A DNA stretch of 60,000 nt, taken from Laetmonice hystrix (Eukaryota). The notes under the pieces were generated by a model. That model saw only the letters and a program-made list of their open reading frames with translations. It searched no databases and was not told the DNA's origin. How positions within the stretch are numbered: the first letter of the stretch is position 1; each line of letters opens with the position of its first letter. Position numbers and translations under genes: made by a program. This document shows positions 12,403 to 25,225 of the stretch, one piece after another. The stretch lies in assembly GCA_965235115.1 (NCBI GenBank), contig OZ249436.1, positions 33,730,001-33,790,000 on the forward strand, in the 5' to 3' direction.

Positions 12403-15400
12403 TTTTTCCACGGAGAGAGGGAGGCAGGGAGGGAGCGAGATATCAATGAACCTGCATATTAACTTTACGCGGGCAGACAAGAAACATATAAATATTATAA
12501 CCTTGGCTATACATTCGCGCCAAAATATACGCAGATGGAGCACCACCACTCAACAAAATGTGAACAAATTGCCAGAAATACTGCCGATGTTTTCTCAAAC
12601 GCCACGGTTCGCGGCGCATCGCTCCCGCGCTTTCGCATCACATTACAGGTATGCATCCTAGAAATAGCCCATGCAGCTCAGTTGCCCCTCGGCTCACCCC
12701 TCTCGACCCCAAACGCTCCCTTTGGTGGGTATTTCCCATGGCCATCCCACAGACCTCGGAGTCACTCGACCGTGGCGACTGCATGGGTACCTCCGTAAAA
12801 ATAGACTTTAGAGGCGCGCCTTCATCCTGAGTCTAATTTTAAAGCTATAGTATAAAGAACGTATATCTGATGGGCAGTAATGAGTTGGATTGACGGAAGG
12901 GCGGTGAGCAATGACAACCCGGGGTCGGGAGGTTATGGTGATGACGGCAGTGATTATGGCCAGGGCGGTGGTCCTGATGGACTGCTGAATGGTGTTTTGA
13001 TAAGGCGATGGGTTTATTAGACAAAACAAATGACGCAGATTTCCCAAGTCTCTGCTATATAAGCCATCAGCTATACTGCAAACACATAAACGTGTCTAAA
13101 ATTAGCTACAGATGGGCAGTATAGTTAGGCCAATACCGTCTGATATATAATATACAATAAATAATGCATACAATTGGTCTTACTTAGAGAAACACTACGA
13201 TGTAGGCCTACAGACTTTCTGTCGTACGTATAAAGATATACCACCTCCTCCCCACCCCTATCTTACACATAAGTAGGCCTACGTAGTTAGGCCTACCTAT
13301 AAACATACTCAGTAACTCTGCTATAGGACAAAAACATTTTCGAAGACCAAGCAAGACTTATTGAACAAGGACACAAGCCATGTCTTTCTTTCTCCCTCTT
13401 TCTTTCTTCTCTTTCCGTGACCCCCAGTGACTTCCTCCACACCAGTAACGTCTACAATCTTTTGATGCATTCAGTTGGTTTCGCGCCTTTTTCCGCTTGA
13501 CTGGGCGCCCGGATGTCCTGTTGCTATGCGTGCTCTCGGAATGCCTGGTAACCCGTGGGTCTCGGAACCTTTCCAGGCCTACGCCTGCCGTGTCCAGTCC
13601 TGCGCCCCACCCAGCCAGGCCCTTAATTTACTACGATTTAATGACTGATTCACTCCCTTTCACGCGGAGAGCCGTACAAATAGTCACTTTCCCGCCATCT
13701 CACTCCAGTGATTTCCAATGGCACCTGTTTGTAAAGACCAAAGCCACGTCCCTGTCCCCCTCCCTCCCCCTTTAAATCTGTCGTGTTCTGTCATTAGTTC
13801 TCACGGGCAATTTAAAGATAGGAATTCCCAGGAGCAAGTTGATATTTCTATTTAATTAATCAGCCAACTCTCTGCTGTAAAATCACCCGTCCATCTTTTA
13901 TTATTGTGAATCGAGTAGAGATTTTTGAACCAGCAACCTATATTTTTAGAGTGTTGTTTTTTAGCTCTAGTAATGAGAATTTACGCGGTTACAATTAATT
14001 TTATGGTCGGCCTCGAATACAAATAGCTGCCTGACACATTTTAATTGTATTGGAGAATACACTCAATACACGTAATACAGGCTGGGTATTTTTAGTCCAC
14101 TTGACAGCTCCCTTGACATTTACTATTCACTGTGCCCATGTAAAAACCATTAGCGAAGCAGGTAGATTTGCCTATCAAAATGAGGTAATTCTAGGATGAA
14201 GTTCCGCTTTGGGTATTTGGCACATCTCTTCCCATTGTCTTACGGTTAGGCGAGACCATTATCCAAATAGATGTGTTATAGTACTTCTTGATTGCCCAAC
14301 GCTGTTAAACCTATTATCGTTAGGCAATCTGTTTGCATAATACTTAAACCTCACTGCACCTACTTAATGCAATTATACCTTTGTGTAAATGCAGGTAGGG
14401 TCATCATTATTATGTCCGGAAATCTGAGCGTGAACCACCAGGATTAGACATTGTGTGTGTGTCTCTACAATGTACTCTGTTACATTTTTCGGTTTTACTC
14501 ATTCCACTCTAGCGAGTGTTGCGTAGGAATGAGAATTCGCACTGGGTACTGAGCACAGTTTTGGTGATACGAGTCAACCCCAGAAGTCATACTAAGATGG
14601 TCTATATTGATGAGCTGGTGATTACAGCCCGTCCAATGGAGCACAAGAGTTAGTAGCGTTAGATAATAACAAAGCCTATGTTCTACATGATTGTAAATCA
14701 GGAAGTATGTCGGCATTATGCACGAAAGTCCTTATGCAGTTATTTTTAGAAGACAGAATCGTCCACTTTGTCTTGCACCATAAATTTAGGGTTGTTGGAA
14801 GCTGCAAGTTACATTTCCCGATTTCCATCAAATCCCATTAATTCACAAGACTAGCCAATATACATGACAAAAGCTATACATGTCAGTTAAACTTTAATTG
14901 GCCACATGGTGCGGCGAATAGAAAAGGGTCGCAGGTCAAGATGCTCAAGAAATCTTTGGCAAGAGGCAACCGAGACAGACGACGCTTGCGAACGAGCCAG
15001 CCCCATTTGTAACGTGCCATGGCAGGTTGTGTCGTTCCGGATCATAAGACAGCTAGTCTCTCCCGCCGACCCCAGCTGTGTTTATCTTCTACAGGTGTAC
15101 GGCGATAGGATGCTTCAGGGGGACGCTTGATCACTATCGTGTCAACGTTAAAAACGTTACGAGATCGCAGGTGGTTAGCCACAATTGAAGTAAGGTTCGA
15201 GTCCACAGAAAGCATATGTTTTCTACACGAAATGCTGCCGAAAACCTAGAAGAGGTCAGCATGTTTTTGGCATGCGTCTATAAGAGTTTGCCAGTCGTTG
15301 TATAGATTGGAAAGTATGGCATTGCTGTAGTTGAAAGATAAGGTGTCATGGGATCCCGAGAAATGACGGCCATGATGAGCCAGTCGAGACATGCGCAGTT

Positions 15401-16469
15401 CAACGTCTGTCCCTCAGGTAGAGTTTGTAAGGGCGCAGCTGCCAGATCAGGGCATTCAAGGTGTACATTGTAGTGTGTCTACTGCTGACCAACCCGTTTG
15501 TTTCACCACGAAAAAAACGTTTCTGAAAGTTTCATTAAACGATTCTTCAAGATTGTATGTGAATGTGTGTATGAAACTAGGTGGTTTGCGGGTAATGTAA
15601 TGTACATGTATGTATTACCTCGGACGCACGAGGTTTTATATGTTTGAGTCAAGGGATAAAATCTGGATCAGAGTCAAATATTACAGTCTTCCACTGCTGC
15701 TGGCTGTTGCCAGCATGATCCCAGAGAGCCCCCTCTCCATGACACTAGTACGACCGTATTCACATTCTTGGCAAGTGATTAGGATCAAAGTCTCTTTTTT
15801 TTGGATCGAGACGACTAAAATCCCATTTCTTCTCAGAGTACTGACAGAGGTAACGATGGTGACGTCATTTGTGACGTGTTCACGTCATTATTTAGTTTTG
15901 TCAGTTAAATATGCTTTCTAGTAATATTCATTACATACACATATCTACACACATACGTTCATTTAAGTCACATCTACTTATGTATGTACATAGGATCTAC
16001 ATAAAAAAAATTGTATATACTTTTAATATTATGATGATACATTATATCTTGTGCCTTTCAAGAGGGCTGGGTCAGAGGATGCAGGGAACACCATCCGTCC
16101 AGTCGGCATACCAACATGGCGCAACATGCACCCATTGTGATGCTGCCAAAATAATTATTGGCACGGGTTCACTTCAGGGATCACCTTGCCAACTCCACAG
16201 AAGTATACAACAATGCAACTGTTATTAAGTGCAAATGAACCAATCGGGACCAAAAGTCGTTCTTATAAGCGACTGATATTTCATTCATTAGAGCATGGAT
16301 TAAAGAAAAAACACACTAATAAACACTGGCGTACTGCTATGATCTGATTCTGATAGGACTCAGGTAATTTGAAACCTGAGCGGGAGGTTGTTACCACGTA
16401 TTATTGTTTGTTATCTAGTGTGTGGTATCCGTTAAAATAAAACAGATCAGTAAAGTGTAATACAACGGA

Positions 16470-17289
16470 TCCGTCGTTTATATGGCTTGACTCATAATGA
16501 GATGTTGCATAAAGATGTTGCCTGGGTTTGAGCCGTTTTCTGTGTCATCCTCCGTTGTTTCTATGGTTTGACTCATAATGACATGTTGCATAAAGATGTT
16601 GCCTGGGTTTGAGCCGTTTTCTGCGTCATCCTCCGTCGTTTATATGTTTTGACTCATAATGAGATGTTGCATAAAGATGTTGCCTGGGTTTGAGCCGTTT
16701 TCTGTGTCATCCTCCGTCGTTTCTGGTTTGACTCATAATGAGATGTTGCATAAAGATGTTGCCTGGGTTTGAGCCGTTTTCTGTGTCATCCTCCGTCGTT
16801 TCTATGGTTTGACTCATAATGAGATGTTGCATAAAGATGTTGCCTGGGTTTGAGCCGTTTTCTGTGTCATCCTCCGTCGTGTATATGGCTTGACTCATAA
16901 TGAGATGTTGCATTAAGATGTTGCCTGGGTTTGAGCCGTTTTCTGCGTCATCCTTCGTCGTTTATATGGCTTGACTCATAATGAGAAGTTGCATAAAGAT
17001 GTTGCCTGGGTTTGAGCCGTTTTCTGTGTCATCCTCCGTCGTTTCTGGTTTGACTCATAATGAGATGTTGCATAAAGATGTTGCCTGGGTTTGAGCCGTT
17101 TTCTGTGTCATCCTCCGTCGTTTATATGGCTTGACTCATAATGAGATGTTGCATAAAGATGTTGCCTGGGGTTGAGCCGTTTTCTGTGTCATCCTTCGTC
17201 GTTTATATGGCTTGACTCATAATGAGAAGTTGCATAAAGATGTTGCCTTGGTTTGAGCCATTTTCTGTGTCATCCTCCCGTTTATATGT
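16470..17289. repeat. 81-bp minisatellite, ~10 copies, with 79-bp variants defining a 322-bp higher-order repeat
   Basis: CTCATAATGA anchors at 16491, 16572, 16653, 16732, 16813, 16894, 16975, 17054, 17135, 17216. Confidence 0.95.
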
Positions 17290-18894
17290 CCCACAATGCA
17301 CTCGGCCTTGACTTTGATGCAGACGCCGGGAATCGGCCTATTTCGTTTCCCTTTCAAATTTTTCCATACCCTTCGACTTAACCCTTCTTAAAACCTGCAC
17401 GGACTCTAAAACAGAACTACCTATACACAATATATAAAACCTATAATTAGGCAAACAAAGATAGTACATTGTTTGCCTTTTCTTTCCTTTTTTCTTTTTA
17501 TTATTTCTCTCTTCTTTCTGGATGTGTCTGACTGGGTAACTTATAATGACAACGATATTTAAATATATCTGAGATACGTAGATTTAAAGTCAGCTTCAGA
17601 CGCCAAGCTGTGCCAAGCATACCTAATGATTGGCCAGCAAGAAGGGTTTATAGTTGATGGACTGTTAACCTAAAGCTGTCATCCTGCCTACGACCCCCAT
17701 ACTATAACCTTTACACCGCTGGTGCATGACCCATATTCTCTGAAACTCTGCTCTATTTATCGGTGGCATTCACGGAGATGTAAACTTCAGACCCAAGTGG
17801 CACGGTATATATTTTGCTATATAAAGGGATGTGTACCGAGGGCAGGGTCAGCCCCCCCCCCCTTGGAAGGGTGGTCATGCTATACTGGGTACACCCACAG
17901 TGGATGACACCTTAAAAGGTCACCTCCCATTTAGCACGGTGTTGGCAACTGCCCTGACCGACCCAAAGTAATATTTCCGTGAACAATTTTTTTTTGTCGG
18001 ATGTGATCCGTATAAAAATCACGTGTGTACATAGGAGGCTGAGTATCAAAATTCAGTTTCAGCCGTAGAAATATTGGCCAGAAACGTAATAAAACGCCCG
18101 TTGCTTTCAATATGCTACAGTTGCCAAAGAGAATAATAAAGAATATGCACGGATTATCCGTTTTCTGGAGAAGACCAATGGTTTTAGTTTTTACAGGAGA
18201 AGACTACGCAAGGTCTTTACCTGGGGTATACGATTTGCGCGGCATCTCAGAATGTTTGGTTGCTCTCTGCAGCCAAGCACTAACGCATACATTGTTTGCA
18301 AACAAGCCTCGAAGCAGACGAACGTTGAAGCATTCAGGTAATGTTTTCCCCCATACTAAACCAACATCCGTTGGTATAGCGGTTCTCCCCAGGCAGAATT
18401 TAACCCCTAAATTTATACCACATTCTCTATTACATTCTCCATCCGGGGCCGAGCAAATGGCCCCGTCACAGTCAACTGAACGCCCTTGTAATTGTCAGGC
18501 CTCAACAAGGCTTGGACGTTCCCTTCGAACAAATCCAGGCACCCGTTATGTATACATGTCCAAAGGGCGCATTGGTAGGCCTTGCCTTTCTTGATATAAT
18601 GTTATATGATTATTGTGTGAAAATAAGCAAAACATGATTGCACACTTAATATTATGTATATAATAAAATTATACACATATAAGTTAGAAATTGTCAATCC
18701 CTTTGACTAAGCCTGCCATTGAGTACCGAAAGACCTGCCTCCTCTTTGGCCTATAGGCCCATGACACAAGACCCATGAATGATAAATATACCGCCTTTAG
18801 TCATACGTATAATGCACTCGTAACTGACATGCCTGCTGCCTACATGAGTTCCTTGGGGAACATAATCAACACCTTTTAATGCGATGACAATAAT

Positions 18895-18985
18895 CAGTGG
18901 AAGATCCAGGATTTTGATAATGGGGGGCACCAGGATTTTGATAAGATAAGGGGGCCCATCAGGATTTTGATAAGGGGGCCCACCT
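18895..18985. mobile_element. hAT-like MITE end with triplicated CAGGATTTTGATAA motif
   Basis: CAGTGGAAGATCCAGGATTTTGATAA start; same family as 3879-4179. Confidence 0.45.
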
Positions 18986-20319
18986 AAAAAAACCTTTTGC
19001 CTCGCTATGCTCGGCTTTAGATTTTGACTGTACTAAGGCATCTTTATCCAATTTAAGATAACAAAAGAAAGTTTAAATGATGCATGACATGCTACACGTT
19101 AGAAATGAGGTCCAGAATTTTATAGTTCTCTTGGAAAAAAATAGATTTTTTTTTCAAAATAATAATAATAATACTTTATTTCAAGAAGTAGATCTAACTC
19201 ATACATTTAGTCATTACTTTCTCTATCGAAAAACAAAATATGTCATTTTTACAATATATTACATGTAAATTGATCTAATGTCAAAAGCCATCAATTATAT
19301 ACCTGTACATGACTGTTTACCAATCTAATCTCGGCAGTTAATAATAATGTACACATCGATCGGCGTGTAATATGTGTAACTTGAACGACCGCGAACGTTT
19401 TGATAACGGTTTGGCTTCGAAGATAAATTCTTCTTTCCCCTCCTTGTCTTATATTGACTCAGGGTCTAATGATTCGGGAATTACGAAGGGGTCCTTTTCT
19501 TTGGATAGTTATAATTTCTCACTTCCACATTCAGTGGCTGGATAATATCCGTATGTATATATAAACTGATCAGTGCATTGAATTCATATTATCGAACCGG
19601 AATTTATAGAAGGTCACTGCCATATGGTACGGCTCCCAAGGTTGTTAACCCGTAAGGACGGATGTGCTCGAGGGTCGTGGACGATTGTAAATATAATGCT
19701 AAACTGTTGTAAGTTATCACTATAATGAACGTCATGTTGCGATAGTGCATGACCGATGATTCCAGGAAGATAGCACATTGTGGCATGAATGATAAGTCAC
19801 CGATAGAGCTACATTTTAAGTGGCTGAACAGACAGGAGACCTCTCGATTGATAAGGCTTATGGCTGCTGTTCCCCTGACTTCTGGGTGGTTCTGCGAAGT
19901 GTCGGCTGAGCAAATGGTCAAGTAGCGATGATTATCTCTTCTATCTTATTTACAGGCCCGGAATACAATACTGTCGCGAATAACCGACACTGTGGTAATG
20001 GTGACATTGATTATTTCCTTGCGTCCTTAAAGCAGAGCAGAAAAGAAACGGAAAAGTAATATAGGCCTACGCAGTCGTCAGAAACACTGACAATTTCATT
20101 TAGGAATGTCAGATTAAACTACATCAAGTTTTTCAACTGATTTGAAAGTTTGCGGTCAAAATAATTAATTATTAATACATTAAATTCTATTTCGATACCA
20201 TACGCCCGATTCATTTTGAACGAAGATGATAGATGTAGGGCAGCAAGATTATACACAGACAATTAAACTCGCCATGTCACGTCATTAAGCCTACTCGGCC
20301 GTTATATTATAGTCCTAAA

Positions 20320-20432
20320 GTGACGTCACGTCATTTCACAGCCGTGACGTCACGTCATTACACAGCCGTGACGCCAAGTCATTCCACAGTCGTGACGTCA
20401 CGCCGTCGCACAGCCGCGACATCACCCGTGAC
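20320..20432. repeat. 24-bp tandem repeat containing CRE palindromes
   Basis: TGACGTCA at 20321, 20345 and 20393; degenerate units at 20369 and 20417. Confidence 0.85.
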
Positions 20433-22116
20433 TGACACATTAAGTTAGTCCTGCGGTGCTGTCAGTCATATTTGAGACAAGGAAGTTAATCTGCATGCAC
20501 TGCTACAGTTGGCCAAATGCTCGAGCCGTTTTCATCCTATCTTCTTGAACATTAATTCTGTCGAGGCATAACTATAGGCCTATAGTCCGTCTCCGGTGAT
20601 TCCTGGTAATGCATTTTCTAAATCGATCTGCATTATGCAAAGAGTATTTCAGTCTATGAATTATACTAGTCGGCGGTTCTTTTATTCGATGGTTATTTCG
20701 ATGGTTATTCAGTTGTCCCGCCAATTGCCATTGTGGATATAGTTCACCTGGTGTGGGGTCTACCTACAGAGACATAATGTATTGTCTTATATTATCTTCA
20801 AGCGCTTAAGAGAAACGAAAACAAAAATAGTGGCTTTACAAGGAGTCGATGTTCGCATATAGTCGGAGAGCTACGAGGCTTATAAATTAAAAGCCTTACG
20901 ACATCAAGGGACCGCAATGCTTGGTATGATATTTTATGCGGGAATTGCTTTGGGCAAGGTTTCGCGGTAATTCTTTAATTCCTCCGAGGGTATAGCGTCC
21001 AAATAATAGCGACGCTAGATCTACCCGTTTTCTTTTCTTTTCAAAATTGACATCTTGATCGTGGACTGTAAAAGCGCGAGTCAACGCAGGCAATGATCTA
21101 ATTCATTTCTCTAACTATACTAGGCCTATAAATTAACCTCCTGTAAGTTACCACATATCCACTCCGTCTATATAGCCAGGCTATAGAATCAGACTCAGAG
21201 CTTCATTTGAGAAAAGTTTTAAAACAGCCACGGATCGATGAGCAATACGACAAAATAGGTCAAAGGTATAGATGTAGGCTATGCCTATATAATTCTCAGT
21301 GGTGGTAATACTATAACATCCATGGATATTATAGCAATCTGGTTATGGCAAACCATAATGTCAATGAACTTATGATTCTTCAAAAAGAAGAAAAAGTTGC
21401 ACGCATTCCGTAGTGACAAACTCCGACAGGTCAAGTTGGTGTGTAGACTCGTGCATGGTTGGCGACCTAAGATGGTGCCTGTAGGAACCTAGTATCATGT
21501 ATTATCTTCGTTAGAAATGGGCCTTGCTCACTTAGTGGAAAATTATAATAGGTCAGTATGACACTTTGCATAGAAACAGTAACAACTCTAGTTGCATGTC
21601 ATTATGCAGTCCTCTCGTCTCGAGTTGCGTTACGCCGACTTTACTGACGTTGGATATGGAGATGAGCAGACATATTTAATTTCAAAGCCCTTATTATGCT
21701 AGCCTACATGAACGCACATGGTCTCAGTGGCAAGGTCGGCGCCATATAGGTATACTGAAAAAAAAATCAGCGGCCTTAAGAGGGTGAAAACAGAAAATCA
21801 GGGGGTCGAAGACGTATGTCATAATACATTTGTTTGCAGCGGAAGCATAAACGGGAGGGGGCAACAGGGGGTGAACCAAATTTCTGGGGGTGGGGGATTT
21901 TCACCCCTTGCCCTCCGCGAGTTGCCACTGATTTATACGGTATAGGCCTATATCTATGCCTATAGGAGCCGGTACGTGTTATTCTGTGGGCGACGACCAA
22001 TGCACACGAAAGGAAAGCAGCTTGATTGAACTGTCCCGCACCCCGTCACCCCACCCTTATATCGAACTAATTCACATCGGAGGGCTGGTCCTGATCCGCT
22101 CGTAATTTGCGTCTTA

Positions 22117-22199
22117 CCCCCCCCCCCCATTGCCCTCTACACCCCCCCACCCCCCCCCCACCCCCCCCCCACCCCCCCCCCCCCCACCCCACCCCCGCC
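22117..22199. repeat. C-rich low-complexity tract (G-quadruplex-capable on the minus strand)
   Basis: Runs of C separated by single A. Confidence 0.8.
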
Positions 22200-23369
22200 G
22201 TCGGTGACCCGTCACCTATAGTGACCTTTTAACGCCACCAGACTGTAATTACAGGTGATGGGAACCATGGCGACTCCTGCCCCGCGCGGCCAGTGCATGG
22301 CCGATGGGAATACAATGAGCCGACGGCGGGTGAGTTGTAAGGGGAAGGACCTGTAGAGAGAAAGGGTAGGCTATATGAGTTCTAGCAGAGTGCAAACTCA
22401 AACAGCAGTTGAGGAGAGGTCCAGCGCGGATAGAGTGCAGAGTAAATGGTATAGGCCTACATCTATAGGGTGAGTAATTATAATAACATGGAAAACCAGA
22501 CTATAGCCCCCCTCCCTAAGCTTTTAGTGACAAACAGAGCACCTATTAGGCCTATACCATGCAGATTATGAAAGGCGAGCACGACATAAACATTACGACA
22601 TAAATCCAACAATTCGGTAGGCCTAACAGATCGGCTCATGCACAGAAATAGGGAGGGGGGCCTAACAGTAGGCCGATATTGGCCTATATAGTGATCTCCT
22701 TTTTGCGGCTAAACAAACAAACAAACAACCCCCTTAATCCAACTGTTGTTTTATTTGTTTGTGTTGTTTTTCTTGATGACCTATCAAGGCATAGCCTAAC
22801 CTATAGACTTCTCTATGCCAATAGAGTCCTGCCTAGCTAGGCCAAAAATGAGACTGGGCTACGCATGCATGTAGGCCTATAGGCTATTCCCAGCTGAACT
22901 GATGTTCTGGGGCGGGACAAACACGGAGATTATAAAGGCCTAGTCTGTAGCCAACGATTTTAAAACTTTTTTCCACAAGTTTTCTATATAGGCCTAGGGG
23001 CCTATAGGCCTAGAGGCCTATAGATGCCTTTAGACCTAGGCCTAGACCAGTCTATAGATCTATATCGGTCCTATAGCCTATAGATCTATGCCTTTGGGTC
23101 TATCGTCAGTGGTAGGCCTATCTTTAAGAACAACTTTTTTTTAGGAAAGTTGATAGGACGAAGGTAGGCCTAGATCTACCAGCCGTGTAGGCTACGTAGG
23201 CATATAGGCTAGGCCTATAGGCCTAATTAAAGGTGCCCGCAATACCCCCTGGATCAAGAACATCAGCTATGTCTGCTGGTATGCATCGCTTCAAGTAGTC
23301 CTAGATTTACAACTTAAATATATCGTTCCCGCCAGAATGCCCCCAACCCCACCCAAAAAAAGGCGCCAA

Positions 23370-23580
23370 TTCTCGGTAGCCGTCCGCATCCTGTCGTTAG
23401 CGAAGCGACTGGGCGGAAGTTCCCGTGACGTCAGTCATTCGTGGATGCCGCGAAATGTGCGCTTTGCATATCGCAGGGAAGACACGCGCGAACTGTAATG
23501 GCTACCTGTGATGGTAGTTGAAGTCTCCTCAGAGAAGTAGCATAGAACGATAGTTTCCAGGGAGCGCACCAAGGTAAGAG
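23370..23580 (+). promoter_or_regulatory. Putative promoter and first non-coding exon of the zinc-finger gene
   Basis: CpG-rich; ETS site CGGAAGT (23414) next to CRE TGACGTCA (23426); strong donor AAG|GTAAGA at 23573/4; acceptor GTTGCAG| at 25097 just upstream of the ORF. Confidence 0.45.
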
Positions 23581-24605
23581 TTTGCAAGCCAGTCCAGGAA
23601 TGGATCTTCTATTCGTAGTGAGATCTTTGGAAAGTGTCGATGAAGGAAAGTGGGGAAAACGGTGAGATTGTGACGGAGTGACAGCGCGGAACTTGGGCAC
23701 AACTTGAGTAAAGGTATTTAGGTCACATTTCTGGAATATAGGCCATGTGGATTGCGCGGTGACAAACACATGTCCACAGAGAGGACACCCAACTCGTGTC
23801 AGTTCTTCATTTTCCTTGGCCTAGAACGGTAGGTTTCTCTTGTTCCCTTGACGGCCACGGAACTTTTCGTGCTGGTGTGGAGAGTCGTGAACAAGGTGGC
23901 CATATTTTTAGGAGGTGACAGTTGAAGTGCGTGGCGGCCTCGGCCATGGTGACAGCGCGACCCGGGGCCGACATGCCGTGAAGGGCCGGGGCCGCCAGGA
24001 ATCGGGGCCCGCCACTGCACACGGACCGGGCCGCAGTAGAGGTGCGGGAATCGGGTCGACCCGTTGCCCAGGCGCTGTCATCGAGTAGAGATATGTCACG
24101 GGACTAGCACTAACGCAGATTTTTTTCTAGCACGAAGCTGAAGTAACTACACAAGGTCACATCATACAGGTCTAAATCGGTTCAGAGTTCGACTGCTAGA
24201 CTAGGGCAATACAAGGCCATAGTGGCCTGGGTCAGTTAGTGTCCAACGCTCACTTTACTCTTCAGTGATCGGCTGAGTGCAGGGCCACGCACACATGTAG
24301 GCAAGCCTGTCCACCCAGCAGCAAAGTGGTAGCACATCACTTGACGAGATCAGTACAGTATTAGGTTGAGTATAGTACTGATTGTAGATGTATTGTAGTA
24401 CCGTACTATATGTGTAGATTCTTTTGAAACAAATTATTATTTAACGAGAAGTAGGCCTATTGACTATTGTCAAAATTATTGATCTCAAGCCCAGAAAAAC
24501 TTTGCCAAAGCATGGTAGCCCAATGGTTTGGGGAGTTTGGTAGCCCACCAGAAATTTTGATTGTCCCACTCCCAGGCATCCGGGTTCCTGATTTTTCAAG
24601 GCCTG

Positions 24606-24712
24606 GGGTGTGTTTCTCATCTATCGTTATCCTGTCGTGCATTAAAATCCCCATTGAAAATGCATTGGAGTTAAGGATACGACAAGCTAACGACGTGATG
24701 AGAAATGCCCCC
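24606..24712. mobile_element. 107-bp Harbinger-type MITE (CWG target), copy 1
   Basis: TIR GGGTGTGTTTCTCATC / GATGAGAAATGCCCCC; CTG on both flanks; homologous to 50187-50293. Confidence 0.8.
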
Positions 24713-25225
24713 CTGGATCGTAGCTGACCAAAAAGTTTGGAGTCTAAATGTAATCTGCAGGCAAAGTTCTAAGTGTAGCATGAAATAAGCTAGGGCTAAC
24801 ATGGAAATGGATTAGGACAGTGCCTGGAAGGCTAGTGTCAGGGTATTCTACTTCTACATAGTACTGGTAGTGGGCCTTTTAATCCTACCACTGGTACCAG
24901 CTATCAAATATTTCATAATAGGACCATGAAATTTGGGAAGCATGATGACATAAAATTTGCAATTATGGTCAATAGGCCTAGGTATGAGTTAGTAAAAGTC
25001 TAGCTGTTACAGGGCAGATATTGTAAATTGTTTGAACTTTATCTTCTGGCACTGTTCTGCCAATGAACTCAAATGAATCCTGTCACTGTTGTTGCAGGCG
25101 CAGCCGCAAGCAGGCTACCCACATGACTGCAAGAAGGTCCCCCTCTTGACTGGGCTAGGGCAGCCAGTCTGACAGCAGTATCAGCACCACCCACCTGTTG
25201 GCAGCAGGTCCACGGGAACAGCAGG

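Noticed and set aside
12150..12661. Poly-Arg/Leu/Phe/Lys ORFs
   Set aside because: Translations of the (CTT)n microsatellite.
15165..15215. tRNA gene
   Set aside because: Only A/B-box-like words (GTGGTTAG, GGTTCGAGTCC); no cloverleaf. At most a SINE fragment.
16470..17289. CRISPR-like array or repetitive protein
   Set aside because: Units are contiguous with no unique spacers, there are no cas genes, the context is eukaryotic, and 79-bp units break the reading frame.
18112..18594. 160-aa ORF
   Set aside because: No motif, compositional signal or splice support.
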